From Nanobdellota archaeon (GTDB taxonomy: Archaea; Nanobdellota; Nanobdellia; Pacearchaeales; GW2011-AR1), in NCBI GenBank assembly GCA_018817405.1, contig JAHITZ010000046.1, forward strand, positions 1-63,653: a stretch of 63,653 nt of DNA, read 5' to 3'. Position 1 is the first letter of the stretch. Each line of letters opens with the position of its first letter. The position numbers were made by a program, and so were the translations under genes. Positions 40,408 to 49,992 of this stretch are shown here, piece by piece. Under the pieces are notes generated by a model, which saw nothing but the letters and a program-made list of their open reading frames with translations, was not told the DNA's origin and made no database searches.

Positions 40408-41646
40408 ATGCCTGACTTCATAACAATAGTCTATCTAACATTTATGTTTGTTGCGTTATATTTCTTTTCTTTCTTTATTATCTTAACTATAAAAAACAAT
40501 GAAAAATTGTTTAGCTACCCGAAACCTGAAAAAAAATTTTCGATTAGCGTTTTAACTCCTGCTCACAACGAGGAAGAAAGTATCCAAGATACGGTAGAGC
40601 ACATTATGGCTTTGGAATATCCAAAGAACAAGATGGAAGTTATAGTTTTAAACGATGGAAGCACAGACAATACCTCAAAGATAGTTAGAAAACTAATGAA
40701 AAGGTACAAGAACCTAAAACTAATTGATAATGAAAAAAATCTCGGCAAGGCAAGGTCTTTAAACATTGGAATCAAAAAAGCAAAAGGAGAATTAATAGCA
40801 GTCGTGGACTCTGACAGTTTCCCTAGCAAAAGTTCTTTAAAGAAACTAAGTGGTTTCTTTTCTAACCAAAACATGGGGGCGGTTACTTCTTTTGTTAGGG
40901 TAAGGAACAAGGAAAAAAATAGACTGGCAAAGATTCAGTCAATAGAATACTTAATAATGGGATGGAGCAGAAAACTCTTGGATTTTATTGATTCAGTTTA
41001 TGTTACTAATGGTCCTTTAAGTTTGTATAGAAAAAAATATATTTTGGAAGTCGGAGGTTTTGACCCAGCCACAGTTACAGAAGATATAGATATTACCTGG
41101 AATATGTTATATCACGGTTATAAAACAGGAATGTGTCTTGATGCTGATGTCTCAACAGTTGCCCCAAATAATTATAAAGTGTGGTTTAAGCAAAGAATGA
41201 GATGGGGGATGGGTGGACTACAAGCAATCTCAAAATACAGAAAGATGTTTTTCAGAAAAGGAATGTTCGGAGCATTCATTTTACCATTTGTCTCATTCAG
41301 TATAATCATGAGCTTGCTAACATTCATATTTTCCATCTACCTAGTATTCAAATTCTTAGCTGTGAGATTCTTAACAGTAGGATACTCAATAACAACAGAT
41401 TCTGCGATATTCAAACTTCAAGAAATTAATTTATACCCCTCTGTGATTATATTTTTCTTTGATGTTCTTTTTACGCTTTCAACAATATACTCGTGGTACG
41501 TCCTAAACAAAACAAAATATGAGCAGAACATAACTACTAAAAAATTCTTTAACATACTTTTTTATACTATTGTTTATCTATCAGTTTACCCCATAGTATG
41601 GTTTGCATCAATCTATAAATTTGCAAGGAAGGATTTAACTTGGTGA
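40408..41646 (+). CDS. processive GT2 glycosyltransferase (PgaC/cellulose synthase-like)
   Basis: NDGSTD, DSD, TED, QRMRW; flanking TM helices. Confidence 0.92.
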   Translation: MPDFITIVYLTFMFVALYFFSFFIILTIKNNEKLFSYPKPEKKFSISVLTPAHNEEESIQDTVEHIMALEYPKNKMEVIVLNDGSTDNTSKIVRKLMKRYKNLKLIDNEKNLGKARSLNIGIKKAKGELIAVVDSDSFPSKSSLKKLSGFFSNQNMGAVTSFVRVRNKEKNRLAKIQSIEYLIMGWSRKLLDFIDSVYVTNGPLSLYRKKYILEVGGFDPATVTEDIDITWNMLYHGYKTGMCLDADVSTVAPNNYKVWFKQRMRWGMGGLQAISKYRKMFFRKGMFGAFILPFVSFSIIMSLLTFIFSIYLVFKFLAVRFLTVGYSITTDSAIFKLQEINLYPSVIIFFFDVLFTLSTIYSWYVLNKTKYEQNITTKKFFNILFYTIVYLSVYPIVWFASIYKFARKDLTW

Positions 41647-41648
41647 AA

Positions 41649-42347
41649 ATGTTAAGTAACAAACACGTTTTTTGGGAGGCATTAATCATAGCAATGGTTA
41701 TATTCTGGACAGGCATATTCTTAGGAGTTTTATTTGAAAGTTCTAGAGCAAACAAAATAGAAGAACTATATTTTCAAGCAGAGACAGATATCTTTGATAT
41801 CCAATTAGAGGGAGAACTCCTTAGCATGTTTGAATCTAGTTGTGAACAAGCATTGAAAGAAAATATAGACTACGCTGACAGAATTTACCTTGAAGCAAGA
41901 AAATTAGGAAAATACGATGCCGCCACAAGAATAACAGAAGATATTGTAAGACTTCACAAACGATACGACTTACTCAGAGTTATGCTCTGGAAAAACATGA
42001 TTCAACTCCAACAAAAATGCCCAAGTAAAACTAATGTAATAGTCTATCTTTACCAATATGACAACCCCAGCACAAACAAACAAGCAAGACAAATAACATT
42101 CAGCAAGGTCTTATCAGACTTAAAAGAAAAACATGGAGACAGTATAGTTCTGATTCCAATAGCTTATGACACGAATGTAAAATCCCTTAACATATTAAAA
42201 GAAAGATATGAGTTAAATACAACCCCGATGATTATAATAAATCAGAAACAAAAGATAACAGAACTTCAGTCTGTAGAAGACCTAGAAAAAATCATGTTTG
42301 AAAACTCAGAAGACAATAAAACACAAAATACCTTGTTCTTAAACTAA
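41649..42347 (+). CDS. membrane-anchored protein with thioredoxin-like C-terminus
   Basis: N-terminal TM; YELNTTPMIIIN. Confidence 0.7.
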   Translation: MLSNKHVFWEALIIAMVIFWTGIFLGVLFESSRANKIEELYFQAETDIFDIQLEGELLSMFESSCEQALKENIDYADRIYLEARKLGKYDAATRITEDIVRLHKRYDLLRVMLWKNMIQLQQKCPSKTNVIVYLYQYDNPSTNKQARQITFSKVLSDLKEKHGDSIVLIPIAYDTNVKSLNILKERYELNTTPMIIINQKQKITELQSVEDLEKIMFENSEDNKTQNTLFLN

Positions 42348-42427
42348 TAAGATCATCCTCAACGCTTAGAAGGTCATATATATTAAATGCCAACAAACAA
42401 TAAAAACCCTTGATTTCTTTCTCTGCA

Positions 42428-43024
42428 ATGGACCCTTACTCTGAAAACCTGGTAGAAGCAATTGAAGAAGGAAGAATTGTAAAAGTCCCAGAAAGTTATG
42501 CAAGAAGAGAAGGCCTTGTAATTTTAAAAAAACCAGAAATTCCTCTAAACAACCCAGGCACAACCCCTTCTTTTTATTCTCACACTGAAAAAAAAGAACC
42601 AAAAAGACCTTTTACAGACTACATATCAAAAAAACCTGACTGGAGAGAACAGCAGGTTATTTCAGAACTTCTTGACAACTTCCACTGGCACATTCGCCTT
42701 CAACGGAAAAGAATGGGTCTTACAAGAAAGCAATTTGCCAAACAAATAAACGAGCCCGAAGAAAAAATCAAAATCCTTGAAACAGGCCGTCTCCCTACAA
42801 AAGACTTCATCCTAATCAACAAAATCCAAAAAGCCCTCGACATCAACCTAAGAAAAGATGGCAAAGAGTTCGACCTTTCAACTCAAGAGATCATGGAAAA
42901 AGCTCAGGAAGTAGAAATGGAAAGAATCCAACAACGAAGAAAAACTCGTTCAACAGAAAAAGCCGAAGAGGATTATAATGAAATATCGGGTTCTGGGATT
43001 GAAATTCTTGAGGATGAGATTTAA
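42428..43024 (+). CDS. MBF1-like HTH protein
   Basis: RKRMGLTRKQFAKQINE...LETG...KIQKALDI. Confidence 0.75.
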   Translation: MDPYSENLVEAIEEGRIVKVPESYARREGLVILKKPEIPLNNPGTTPSFYSHTEKKEPKRPFTDYISKKPDWREQQVISELLDNFHWHIRLQRKRMGLTRKQFAKQINEPEEKIKILETGRLPTKDFILINKIQKALDINLRKDGKEFDLSTQEIMEKAQEVEMERIQQRRKTRSTEKAEEDYNEISGSGIEILEDEI

Positions 43025-43059
43025 CCAAGATGACTCATTCCTTCCTGAGCCTTCTTAAC
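43021..43059 (-). repeat. diverged copy of the DNA ligase 3' end (VKKAQEGMSHLG*)
   Basis: 33/39 nt identical to 45934-45972 (VKRAQKGMSHLG*). Confidence 0.92.
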
Positions 43060-45754
43060 CATTAACCCTCAATTTCGGATAATCTCCATCTTCCTGTTCC
43101 CATACAGCAAAAAAATCCCAATCAACATATGTATTATTGGGCCTAGGCACTGTCGTCATCTCTTCAGTAGTTCTACCGTCACCACCGCCCGCGCTTTCTG
43201 ATTGCCCAGAAGTTTGAGTATCCCAGTACGACAAGTTCATTATAATCCTTGCTGGTTCCTCTACAAATCCAATTATCCCACCGCTTGTAGCACCATTTAC
43301 AAAAATATTAGAATAGACATAGTTAATTAAAATGTCCCCAGTTTGTTCGTCTCCTTCCCTGATCATTCCAACCAACCCTCCGGCAAAGGAGCATTCTACC
43401 AAACCATCTTTTACATATAATGCTTTAATTGTTAAATTCTCATCCCCCAATAAATCTGAAAACAACCCACCACAGGTGGTTTGCGATTTAAGAGTAACGT
43501 TTTCTATTCCAAATCCTGCGAAGTAAGTGCTTTCTGGAGTTGGATAAGGTGGAGGTGGATGATCTCGTTTCAAGGTAAATAAACTTGCAATAGAGTCATT
43601 TGTTTCATAATTTAAGTTTTTTATCATGTGCCCTCTGCCCTGATAAGTGGTCCCATAATATAAGGGTATTGGTTCAAAATAGTCTTTGTATTCATACGAC
43701 CCAAAATCAATATCACACTCTTGATATATTTTATATGATGGTGTCTGGTTTTGTAAATATTTACGATCAATATAGTGAAGGGGAAGCAAATCTAATTCTT
43801 CTGCTGTACAAATATGAATAATACAATCGTCTGGACACAAAGTAAAATTTTCCCCCCTATCACAGATTCCGTTTCCGCATCCTTCTAAGTAAAGGTAACC
43901 ATAATCTACGAATTCTTGTCCAAGGGTGTTGACCGCGCGCAAACGTATGACTCTTTTCTTACTATTGCTAAAATTAAATCCACCCTCAATTATTCCAGTA
44001 TTTGGGTTGTATTGTGAGTCTATTACATGCCATTCGTCTAACTCGGTAATAGCTACGGTCGGATGAAGAAGTGACTGAGAAAGGTCGTAGTACTCCAAAT
44101 TTTCATTATTTATTTTTCCTCGAATAATTATTTGTTCGCTCCCGAACTCTTTTTCAATAGGTTCAAGATAAACAAAAATCGGCTTATCAGAAAAAACTGC
44201 TTGTATTGAATCTATAATTCCTGCTCCTTGATAATTAACTAGGGGTTTTTGGTTAACTAGTAAATGACTTGTACTCTTGATGGCGGATTTTATTTCTTCA
44301 GGAGTTAAAAAAGGATTCTTTTGAAGCATAAGTGCTACAAGCCCAGAAACATGCGGAGTTGCCATGCTTGTCCCGCTACCCAAAGCATGAGATTCATCAA
44401 TGCAAGATCCTCCCCCCTGATACAAAAACGCGCGAGCCGCACAAATTTCAACTCCTGGCGCAACAACATCTGGCTTATTCAAAACAAAATCTTTTTCTGT
44501 ATTTTCCCATCGGACAGGCCCCTTTGAACTCGACGGAACATACTCTAAGTTTTTATCAACCGAACCGACTGTAATTGCTTTTCTTGCTGTTGCAGGGGTG
44601 CCTATCGATTCTTCTCCTCCACCAAAAGCACCATCATTTCCTGAAGCAACAACCACTGTTACTCCCAATGACACAGCATTGTCAACTGCTTGTGAAAAGA
44701 TATCATCTGGTCCGCATTCTGAGGTATATGGCCAGCATCCAAAACCCACACTCATGCTAAGAATATCTACCCTATCGCTAAAATTCCCATCACCATTTGG
44801 GTCAACACTTGCTTCTATAGCCTGAAGAATATTATCTCCTACTGCAGTCAGGTTAATATCTCCACTACCGATGACCTTATATGCGACAATACTTGCACCA
44901 TGTGCAACCCCTTTCAAAACACCATCCCCAGCAGCAATTGAAGCTACGTGTGTTCCATGCCCAATTTCATCCATGGGATCATAGTCGTCATCTCCAAAAT
45001 CATAACCGCTAATTACTTTTTCGCATTCTCCATTAAGAAATTGTTGTGTAGTGCAGCTACCTAAATCAGCATGAGTATAATCAACACCACTATCAATAAT
45101 GCCAATAGTAACCCCTTTTCCTGTCAAACATTCTCTCGGAGTAGGTTCAGTTGTTGGTTCAGGAGATATTTCACTTATCGGATTACCTGTTATATGGGCG
45201 GGCAGGCCTGGCTCACAAGGTCTTCCATTTCTATCAAGTTCCCAAACATCATCTGCATTTATTAAAGGAACAGAATCTCTTAATAAAAAATCAAAACGCC
45301 AATTTGGCGTTATCGTTTCTACCTCTTCTAAAGATTGAAGTTGATTTAACTGTTCTTGTGTAAAATCGCCGCTAACAGAAATTGCATTCAATACATTCTT
45401 AAATTTGGCCCTTATTCTTCCGTTTGGGACAATTTGCCGAAGTTCCCTCTCAAAAGAAAGTTGTTGATTTTGTATTTTTTCTCGATGTTGCGTGAGCAAC
45501 ATCGTTGTACTCTCATCGCTTTTATCAATTTCGACTTTTTTCTCTAAAACGCCAGGTTCTTTCAACATGACAATCCAACCAACCGAGTTATGATTTCCAA
45601 AAGGAGCATTTTCTACAGCACCGTTCTCTACTCCACTCTTTTTTAGATTAGTTTCATCTGGAGACTCTCTCACAACCTCACCAAACAGATAAAAATAACC
45701 AAACGCTGATACAACAATAACCCCAATAATCAAATAAATCACAACTTTTTTCAT
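43055..45754 (-). CDS. secreted subtilisin-like S8 peptidase with I9 propeptide and GLUG-like C-terminus
   Basis: IIDSGVD, HGTHVA, SGTSMATPHV. Confidence 0.95.
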   Translation of the reverse strand: MKKVVIYLIIGVIVVSAFGYFYLFGEVVRESPDETNLKKSGVENGAVENAPFGNHNSVGWIVMLKEPGVLEKKVEIDKSDESTTMLLTQHREKIQNQQLSFERELRQIVPNGRIRAKFKNVLNAISVSGDFTQEQLNQLQSLEEVETITPNWRFDFLLRDSVPLINADDVWELDRNGRPCEPGLPAHITGNPISEISPEPTTEPTPRECLTGKGVTIGIIDSGVDYTHADLGSCTTQQFLNGECEKVISGYDFGDDDYDPMDEIGHGTHVASIAAGDGVLKGVAHGASIVAYKVIGSGDINLTAVGDNILQAIEASVDPNGDGNFSDRVDILSMSVGFGCWPYTSECGPDDIFSQAVDNAVSLGVTVVVASGNDGAFGGGEESIGTPATARKAITVGSVDKNLEYVPSSSKGPVRWENTEKDFVLNKPDVVAPGVEICAARAFLYQGGGSCIDESHALGSGTSMATPHVSGLVALMLQKNPFLTPEEIKSAIKSTSHLLVNQKPLVNYQGAGIIDSIQAVFSDKPIFVYLEPIEKEFGSEQIIIRGKINNENLEYYDLSQSLLHPTVAITELDEWHVIDSQYNPNTGIIEGGFNFSNSKKRVIRLRAVNTLGQEFVDYGYLYLEGCGNGICDRGENFTLCPDDCIIHICTAEELDLLPLHYIDRKYLQNQTPSYKIYQECDIDFGSYEYKDYFEPIPLYYGTTYQGRGHMIKNLNYETNDSIASLFTLKRDHPPPPYPTPESTYFAGFGIENVTLKSQTTCGGLFSDLLGDENLTIKALYVKDGLVECSFAGGLVGMIREGDEQTGDILINYVYSNIFVNGATSGGIIGFVEEPARIIMNLSYWDTQTSGQSESAGGGDGRTTEEMTTVPRPNNTYVDWDFFAVWEQEDGDYPKLRVNG

Positions 45755-45788
45755 TTCCCTATCAACAAATTAAAGATTAAATAATCTT

Positions 45789-45920
45789 CTAACCTAAATG
45801 ACTTCTCCAACCCCCCAGATGACTCCTTCCACCCCCCCACCCCAAACTCCTTTCCCTTCCCCAACACCCAATCTACCCTAAATAACCCCTTCCCCTTTAA
45901 CCCAAATGACTCACACCCTT
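45789..45920 (-). repeat. four stacked degenerate copies of the DNA ligase 3' end
   Basis: KGVSHLG* (45897-45920), GRGYLG* (45873-45893), GRSHLG (45813-45830), RSHLG* (45789-45806). Confidence 0.8.
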
Positions 45921-45933
45921 CTCCCAGAACCCC

Positions 45934-47661
45934 TCATCCCAGATGACTCATTCCCTTCTGAGCCCTCTTAACTTCAATCTTGATATCATCCAATGTAGCA
46001 ATATCCTTCAAATGATAATCCGGCCTATAATGTGTAATCCTAGGAAATCTCATCGCAAACCCTGAATTATAAGTCGGGCTTCCCTGAATATTCTGATACG
46101 TCAAAGAAACAACAATCTTCGGCTTCACCCTAACAACCTTCCCCTTCTCGCTTTCAATCAGAGGCTTCAACAACTTCGTCATCTCAGCATATGTCGTCCC
46201 CTCTTCCTGCTCCAATTCCTTAAGCCCTGAAGAAACCTTCCCAACATCTAAATAGTCTCCATTAGATTGACAAGCAACAATATAGCTCGTAAGCCAACCC
46301 CCACGCTTCCCACTCCCATATTCAGCTCCTGTAATAACCAAATCCAAATCATTCGCGGCCGGTTTCATCTTCACCCAATAACCAACCCTTCTACCTTGCT
46401 GATAGTTAGCGTTCAGATTCTTAACCATGATTCCCTCTTCACCAAGTTTCAAGGCTTCTTTGTAAAACTCTAGTGCCTTCTCCTCACTATCCGTAACAAT
46501 CTGCATGCTCGGTCTTATCTTCCATTTTTCATGCGGAATAATCTTCTCCAAAACCTTCCGCCGCTTAGTGAGCGCCTCCTGCATCAAACTCTTTCCATTG
46601 TAATAAATAACATCAAACACATTAACCTCAACTGGCAAATCCCTCTCTAGTTTTTCAATATCATACTTCCTCCGAATCCTTTGGCTTATGGCTTCAAACG
46701 GCCGCATTGTCTTTGTCTTCGGATCATAACCAACAACCTCACTATCCAAAATCACCTCGCGAGCCTTAACATATTTCTTTACCGTCCTAACAACATCCGG
46801 GAACTGCTTAGTAACATTCTCAAGCCTTCGAGTAAACAAAGAAACATCGTTCCCAACTTTATTAATCACAACCCTAAACCCATCATACTTGTGCTCAATC
46901 GCCGCCGGCTTCCCACAAATCCTAAACGCTTCCTTAATCTCCGTAACCTTCACAGGCAACATCACATTCATCGGCCTCCCAAGCACAATATCAATCTTCT
47001 CCAACGCCTTCTTCCCTTTCGAAGCAGCCTCAAACACAACAGCAAGATCATTCGCCATATCATACGCAACCTCAATCTTTACACTCATTTCTTTTTTCTC
47101 ATCCGGAAACAACGCCTCTGCAATTGCATCCCGCACCGTAGCATCTGCAACTCCAACGCGCAACTGCCCAACCAAAGTCCTAGCAATATACTTAGCCTCC
47201 TTCCCAGTCGCATTCCCAAACAACTCAGCAATCAAAGCAGTCTTCCCACTCACAGCCCCTTTCCCCTCAATACCCATTATCTTCCTAAAATTATTAAATA
47301 CCTTGGAAACCGTCAACCTCTTCGCAAACAAATTAGTCTGCTTCTTCTTCCCAGCAAACTCTTCGGCCAATTCCCCAAGATCACCAACCTTCCTGTAACT
47401 CTTCATAATCTCAGTATCTCTAATCCCAAACGCAAAAGCAATCGCCTTAATTGTCAACTTGTCTGAAATTCCAAGAAGCCTATCATCATAATCCGGAGTC
47501 ACCTTCCCCCTCAAAAGATAAATCCACTCCGGCTCACCTTCCTTAGCAAGCTTATTCAAAAAACCCGCAAGAATCGTCTCCTTCTCAAGCCTCTTTGTCG
47601 TAGCATAAAGCCCCTCATAAACCTCCACAAACTCAGAATAATTCATTTCCTTCTTCACCAT
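45934..47661 (-). CDS. lig: ATP-dependent DNA ligase
   Basis: EHKYDG, DSE, EGIMVK, WVKMK, MRFPR. Confidence 0.97.
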   Translation of the reverse strand: MVKKEMNYSEFVEVYEGLYATTKRLEKETILAGFLNKLAKEGEPEWIYLLRGKVTPDYDDRLLGISDKLTIKAIAFAFGIRDTEIMKSYRKVGDLGELAEEFAGKKKQTNLFAKRLTVSKVFNNFRKIMGIEGKGAVSGKTALIAELFGNATGKEAKYIARTLVGQLRVGVADATVRDAIAEALFPDEKKEMSVKIEVAYDMANDLAVVFEAASKGKKALEKIDIVLGRPMNVMLPVKVTEIKEAFRICGKPAAIEHKYDGFRVVINKVGNDVSLFTRRLENVTKQFPDVVRTVKKYVKAREVILDSEVVGYDPKTKTMRPFEAISQRIRRKYDIEKLERDLPVEVNVFDVIYYNGKSLMQEALTKRRKVLEKIIPHEKWKIRPSMQIVTDSEEKALEFYKEALKLGEEGIMVKNLNANYQQGRRVGYWVKMKPAANDLDLVITGAEYGSGKRGGWLTSYIVACQSNGDYLDVGKVSSGLKELEQEEGTTYAEMTKLLKPLIESEKGKVVRVKPKIVVSLTYQNIQGSPTYNSGFAMRFPRITHYRPDYHLKDIATLDDIKIEVKRAQKGMSHLG

Positions 47662-47685
47662 GTAGAAGAAAAGCGGGAGGGGTAT

Positions 47686-47988
47686 TTATTTGTTTCTTCT
47701 CAATCTATTAATCTCTCTCCCAGCCAATCTCCCAAGATATAATCCTCCAAAAAACAAGGCAGCAGTACCTGCTGCTGCAGCTAGCTGATATCCAACTCCT
47801 TCGGGGCTTCCTAACTCTGAAAAAACACCTGGAAGCTCACCTGTCACATACATTCCAGCCCTATCCATTAATTTATACATCTGAGTCGAATGGAACACAG
47901 CTAAGCCAAGTCCAGTAGCTAAGCCTAAAAGTCCTTCCAACGTGCTTTCTTTCTCTTCTCTTGTTTCTTCAGGTTCTTCTTCCTTCAT
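47686..47988 (-). CDS. small 2-TM membrane protein
   Basis: two hydrophobic segments. Confidence 0.6.
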   Translation of the reverse strand: MKEEEPEETREEKESTLEGLLGLATGLGLAVFHSTQMYKLMDRAGMYVTGELPGVFSELGSPEGVGYQLAAAAGTAALFFGGLYLGRLAGREINRLRRNK

Positions 47989-48536
47989 TTTCTTTCTTTA
48001 ACCTCCTTCCGAGCTCATCTTTTTTCATTAACGAAATCATCCCAAGACAAAAACCGCTCCCACAAAAAAAAGAGCACGCTGGCGCACTTAACTCAATTTC
48101 TTTCCACTTGTCTAATTCACCAAAATAATCCCTGAATTGAGAATCTCCTCTGATTTCTTCAATCTCATTATCACAATACTCAACTGCTCTTCTAGAGATA
48201 TCTTCTATTAATCCGCGACAATCTTTTATTTCAGCCTCATACGCTTGAAGAATAGGGAAACCTCTTGGAACATTTAATTCTCTATAATTATCAGAAAGAT
48301 AAGCACTTACATCTTCTTCCCAGCTCCCTGCATCTCTAAAATCTTCTCTGAGTTCAACAAGAGAATCATATCTCTGAACAGGAAAGTCTTGAGGAGGGGA
48401 AACATGACGAGATCCTGCAAATATAGAGGTCGCCAATCCAACAGCCCCAACAATAAAGAGGAGCCAAACTTAATCTCGTTGCCCGCCCATAAGATCTAAT
48501 TTTCCTTTTTATTTTAGACTTCTGTTCTTCTTCCAT
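47969..48536 (-). pseudogene. membrane protein split by a +1 frameshift near 48455
   Basis: MEEEQ...LSLAPL joins IVGAVGLATSIFAG... if one base of the run at 48455-48457 is removed. Confidence 0.6.
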
Positions 48537-48547
48537 ACTTCTCATTT

Positions 48548-49225
48548 TCAAATTCTGTGGGCCGGATTATTTTCCTCCTTGTAAGATTTCCAGCGATCAT
48601 ACTCCTCCAAAACTCTCAACAAATCAGCCCTCTCCACTTCCGGGTTTAACTTATCTAAAACAACTATCTGTGACTGGCCCATTGCATAAACAGGACCACT
48701 TGAAGGTCTCATCTCCTTAGGTCTTATAACCAAGTCTATGTCTGGAAAAAGAAGCTGTCCTCTTAACTCCTCATAATTCTTAGGACCTCCCGCAAGTGCA
48801 TCGTTATAATCCTTCTCAAGGGAATACCCTAATAAAACAACAACTTCTCCAGAAGCACCATTCAAACTTGCTCTCTCTAATCTTTCACAAGCCCCTCTTA
48901 ATTCAAGAGGAATTTTTCCAGAATGATCAATTGCTCTAAACTTAATCGCTCTATTCTCAAAAAACCTATCTTCTTGCAATTCTCCAAAACATTCTCTAAT
49001 TGCATCATAAATTGGTCCTAAAGTTAGATCAGTCCTTTTATGAGTATAATCAGACATTACATGAAAAACAAACTGCTCTGATCTTCCTTCAGCAACAAAA
49101 AAATCAGAAAATAACCTCAATGTCCTAGCGCCAGCATGATAAGCCTCGCTAAAAGGAATCCCTTCCTTCCTAGCAAATCTTCTGTTTCCATCCGGCATGT
49201 ACAAAACTGATTTCGTCTTCGTCAT
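48548..49225 (-). CDS. divergent cis-prenyltransferase (UppS)-fold protein
   Basis: MPDGNRRFA, AYHAG, DIDLVIR; canonical FSxEN and RTSGExRxSNF motifs altered. Confidence 0.8.
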   Translation of the reverse strand: MTKTKSVLYMPDGNRRFARKEGIPFSEAYHAGARTLRLFSDFFVAEGRSEQFVFHVMSDYTHKRTDLTLGPIYDAIRECFGELQEDRFFENRAIKFRAIDHSGKIPLELRGACERLERASLNGASGEVVVLLGYSLEKDYNDALAGGPKNYEELRGQLLFPDIDLVIRPKEMRPSSGPVYAMGQSQIVVLDKLNPEVERADLLRVLEEYDRWKSYKEENNPAHRI

Positions 49226-49258
49226 AATCTTTGCCCTTCCAAAACCTATTTAAACCTA

Positions 49259-49281
49259 AGTTGTTATTTTTAATAACAACT
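49259..49281. promoter_or_regulatory. perfect palindrome AGTTGTTATT-TTT-AATAACAACT, candidate TrmB operator
   Basis: 10-bp IR in the divergent intergenic region, just before the TrmB start. Confidence 0.6.
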
Positions 49282-49284
49282 AAA

Positions 49285-49992
49285 ATGGACATCAATGAAA
49301 AACTCCAACAAGCAGGTCTAACAGGCAACGAAACAAAGGTTTACTTAGAGCTAACAAAAAAAGGTCAATTAACAGCCAACCAAATAGCCAAAAACCTCGG
49401 GATGGACAGAACCCTCACCTACACAATATTAAATCACCTAATCGAAAAAGGTCAAGTAAACTACATAGTAAGGGAAAACAAAAAAACATTTTCCTGCTCT
49501 AATCCAGAAAGTCTTCTAAATCCCATAAAAGCAAAAGAATCATTGATTGAGGAGCTAATAAAAGAACTGGGTAAAATTAAAAGAACAGAACAGCAACAGA
49601 CCGAAATAAAAGTTTACGAAGGAAAAGAAGGAATAAGAACACTAATCAGCCACGCATTAAAAGAAAAAGAATTCTGTTCCTTCGGCTCAACAGGAAGAAT
49701 TTTTTACGCACTATACGAAATGCCTTCTGTTTACAAACAAGTAATAAAATCAAAGATGAAAGTTAAAATCTTAGGAAACAAAAGATACAAGGGGACTGAA
49801 GCATTTGGATTTAAAGAGTTCGAATTCAGATACCTTAATGTAGAAAGCGAAGCAACAACCTCTGTCTTTGGAGATAATGTCACAATCCATCTAATGAAAG
49901 ACAAGCCTGTTATCATTCTGATAAAAAACAAAGATATCGCCCGAAGTTACAAAAATTACTTCGAATTTATGTGGAAATCTGCTAAACGTTAA
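49285..49992 (+). CDS. TrmB-family transcriptional regulator
   Basis: GLTGNETKVYLEL HTH, YEGKEGI, FEFMW. Confidence 0.9.
   Translation: MDINEKLQQAGLTGNETKVYLELTKKGQLTANQIAKNLGMDRTLTYTILNHLIEKGQVNYIVRENKKTFSCSNPESLLNPIKAKESLIEELIKELGKIKRTEQQQTEIKVYEGKEGIRTLISHALKEKEFCSFGSTGRIFYALYEMPSVYKQVIKSKMKVKILGNKRYKGTEAFGFKEFEFRYLNVESEATTSVFGDNVTIHLMKDKPVIILIKNKDIARSYKNYFEFMWKSAKR

Noticed and set aside
43050..43062. Integron attC-type cassette junction
   Set aside because: GTTAAGA does not fit GTTRRRY, there is no paired inverse core or attC hairpin, and no integrase in the window
45789..45972. CRISPR array
   Set aside because: Repeats are short, degenerate, irregularly spaced and derived from a coding end; no cas genes
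46681..47466. Long antisense ORFs over ligase, ValRS, GlyRS and the pilus genes
   Set aside because: Shadow frames of strongly skewed coding strands with no recognisable motifs
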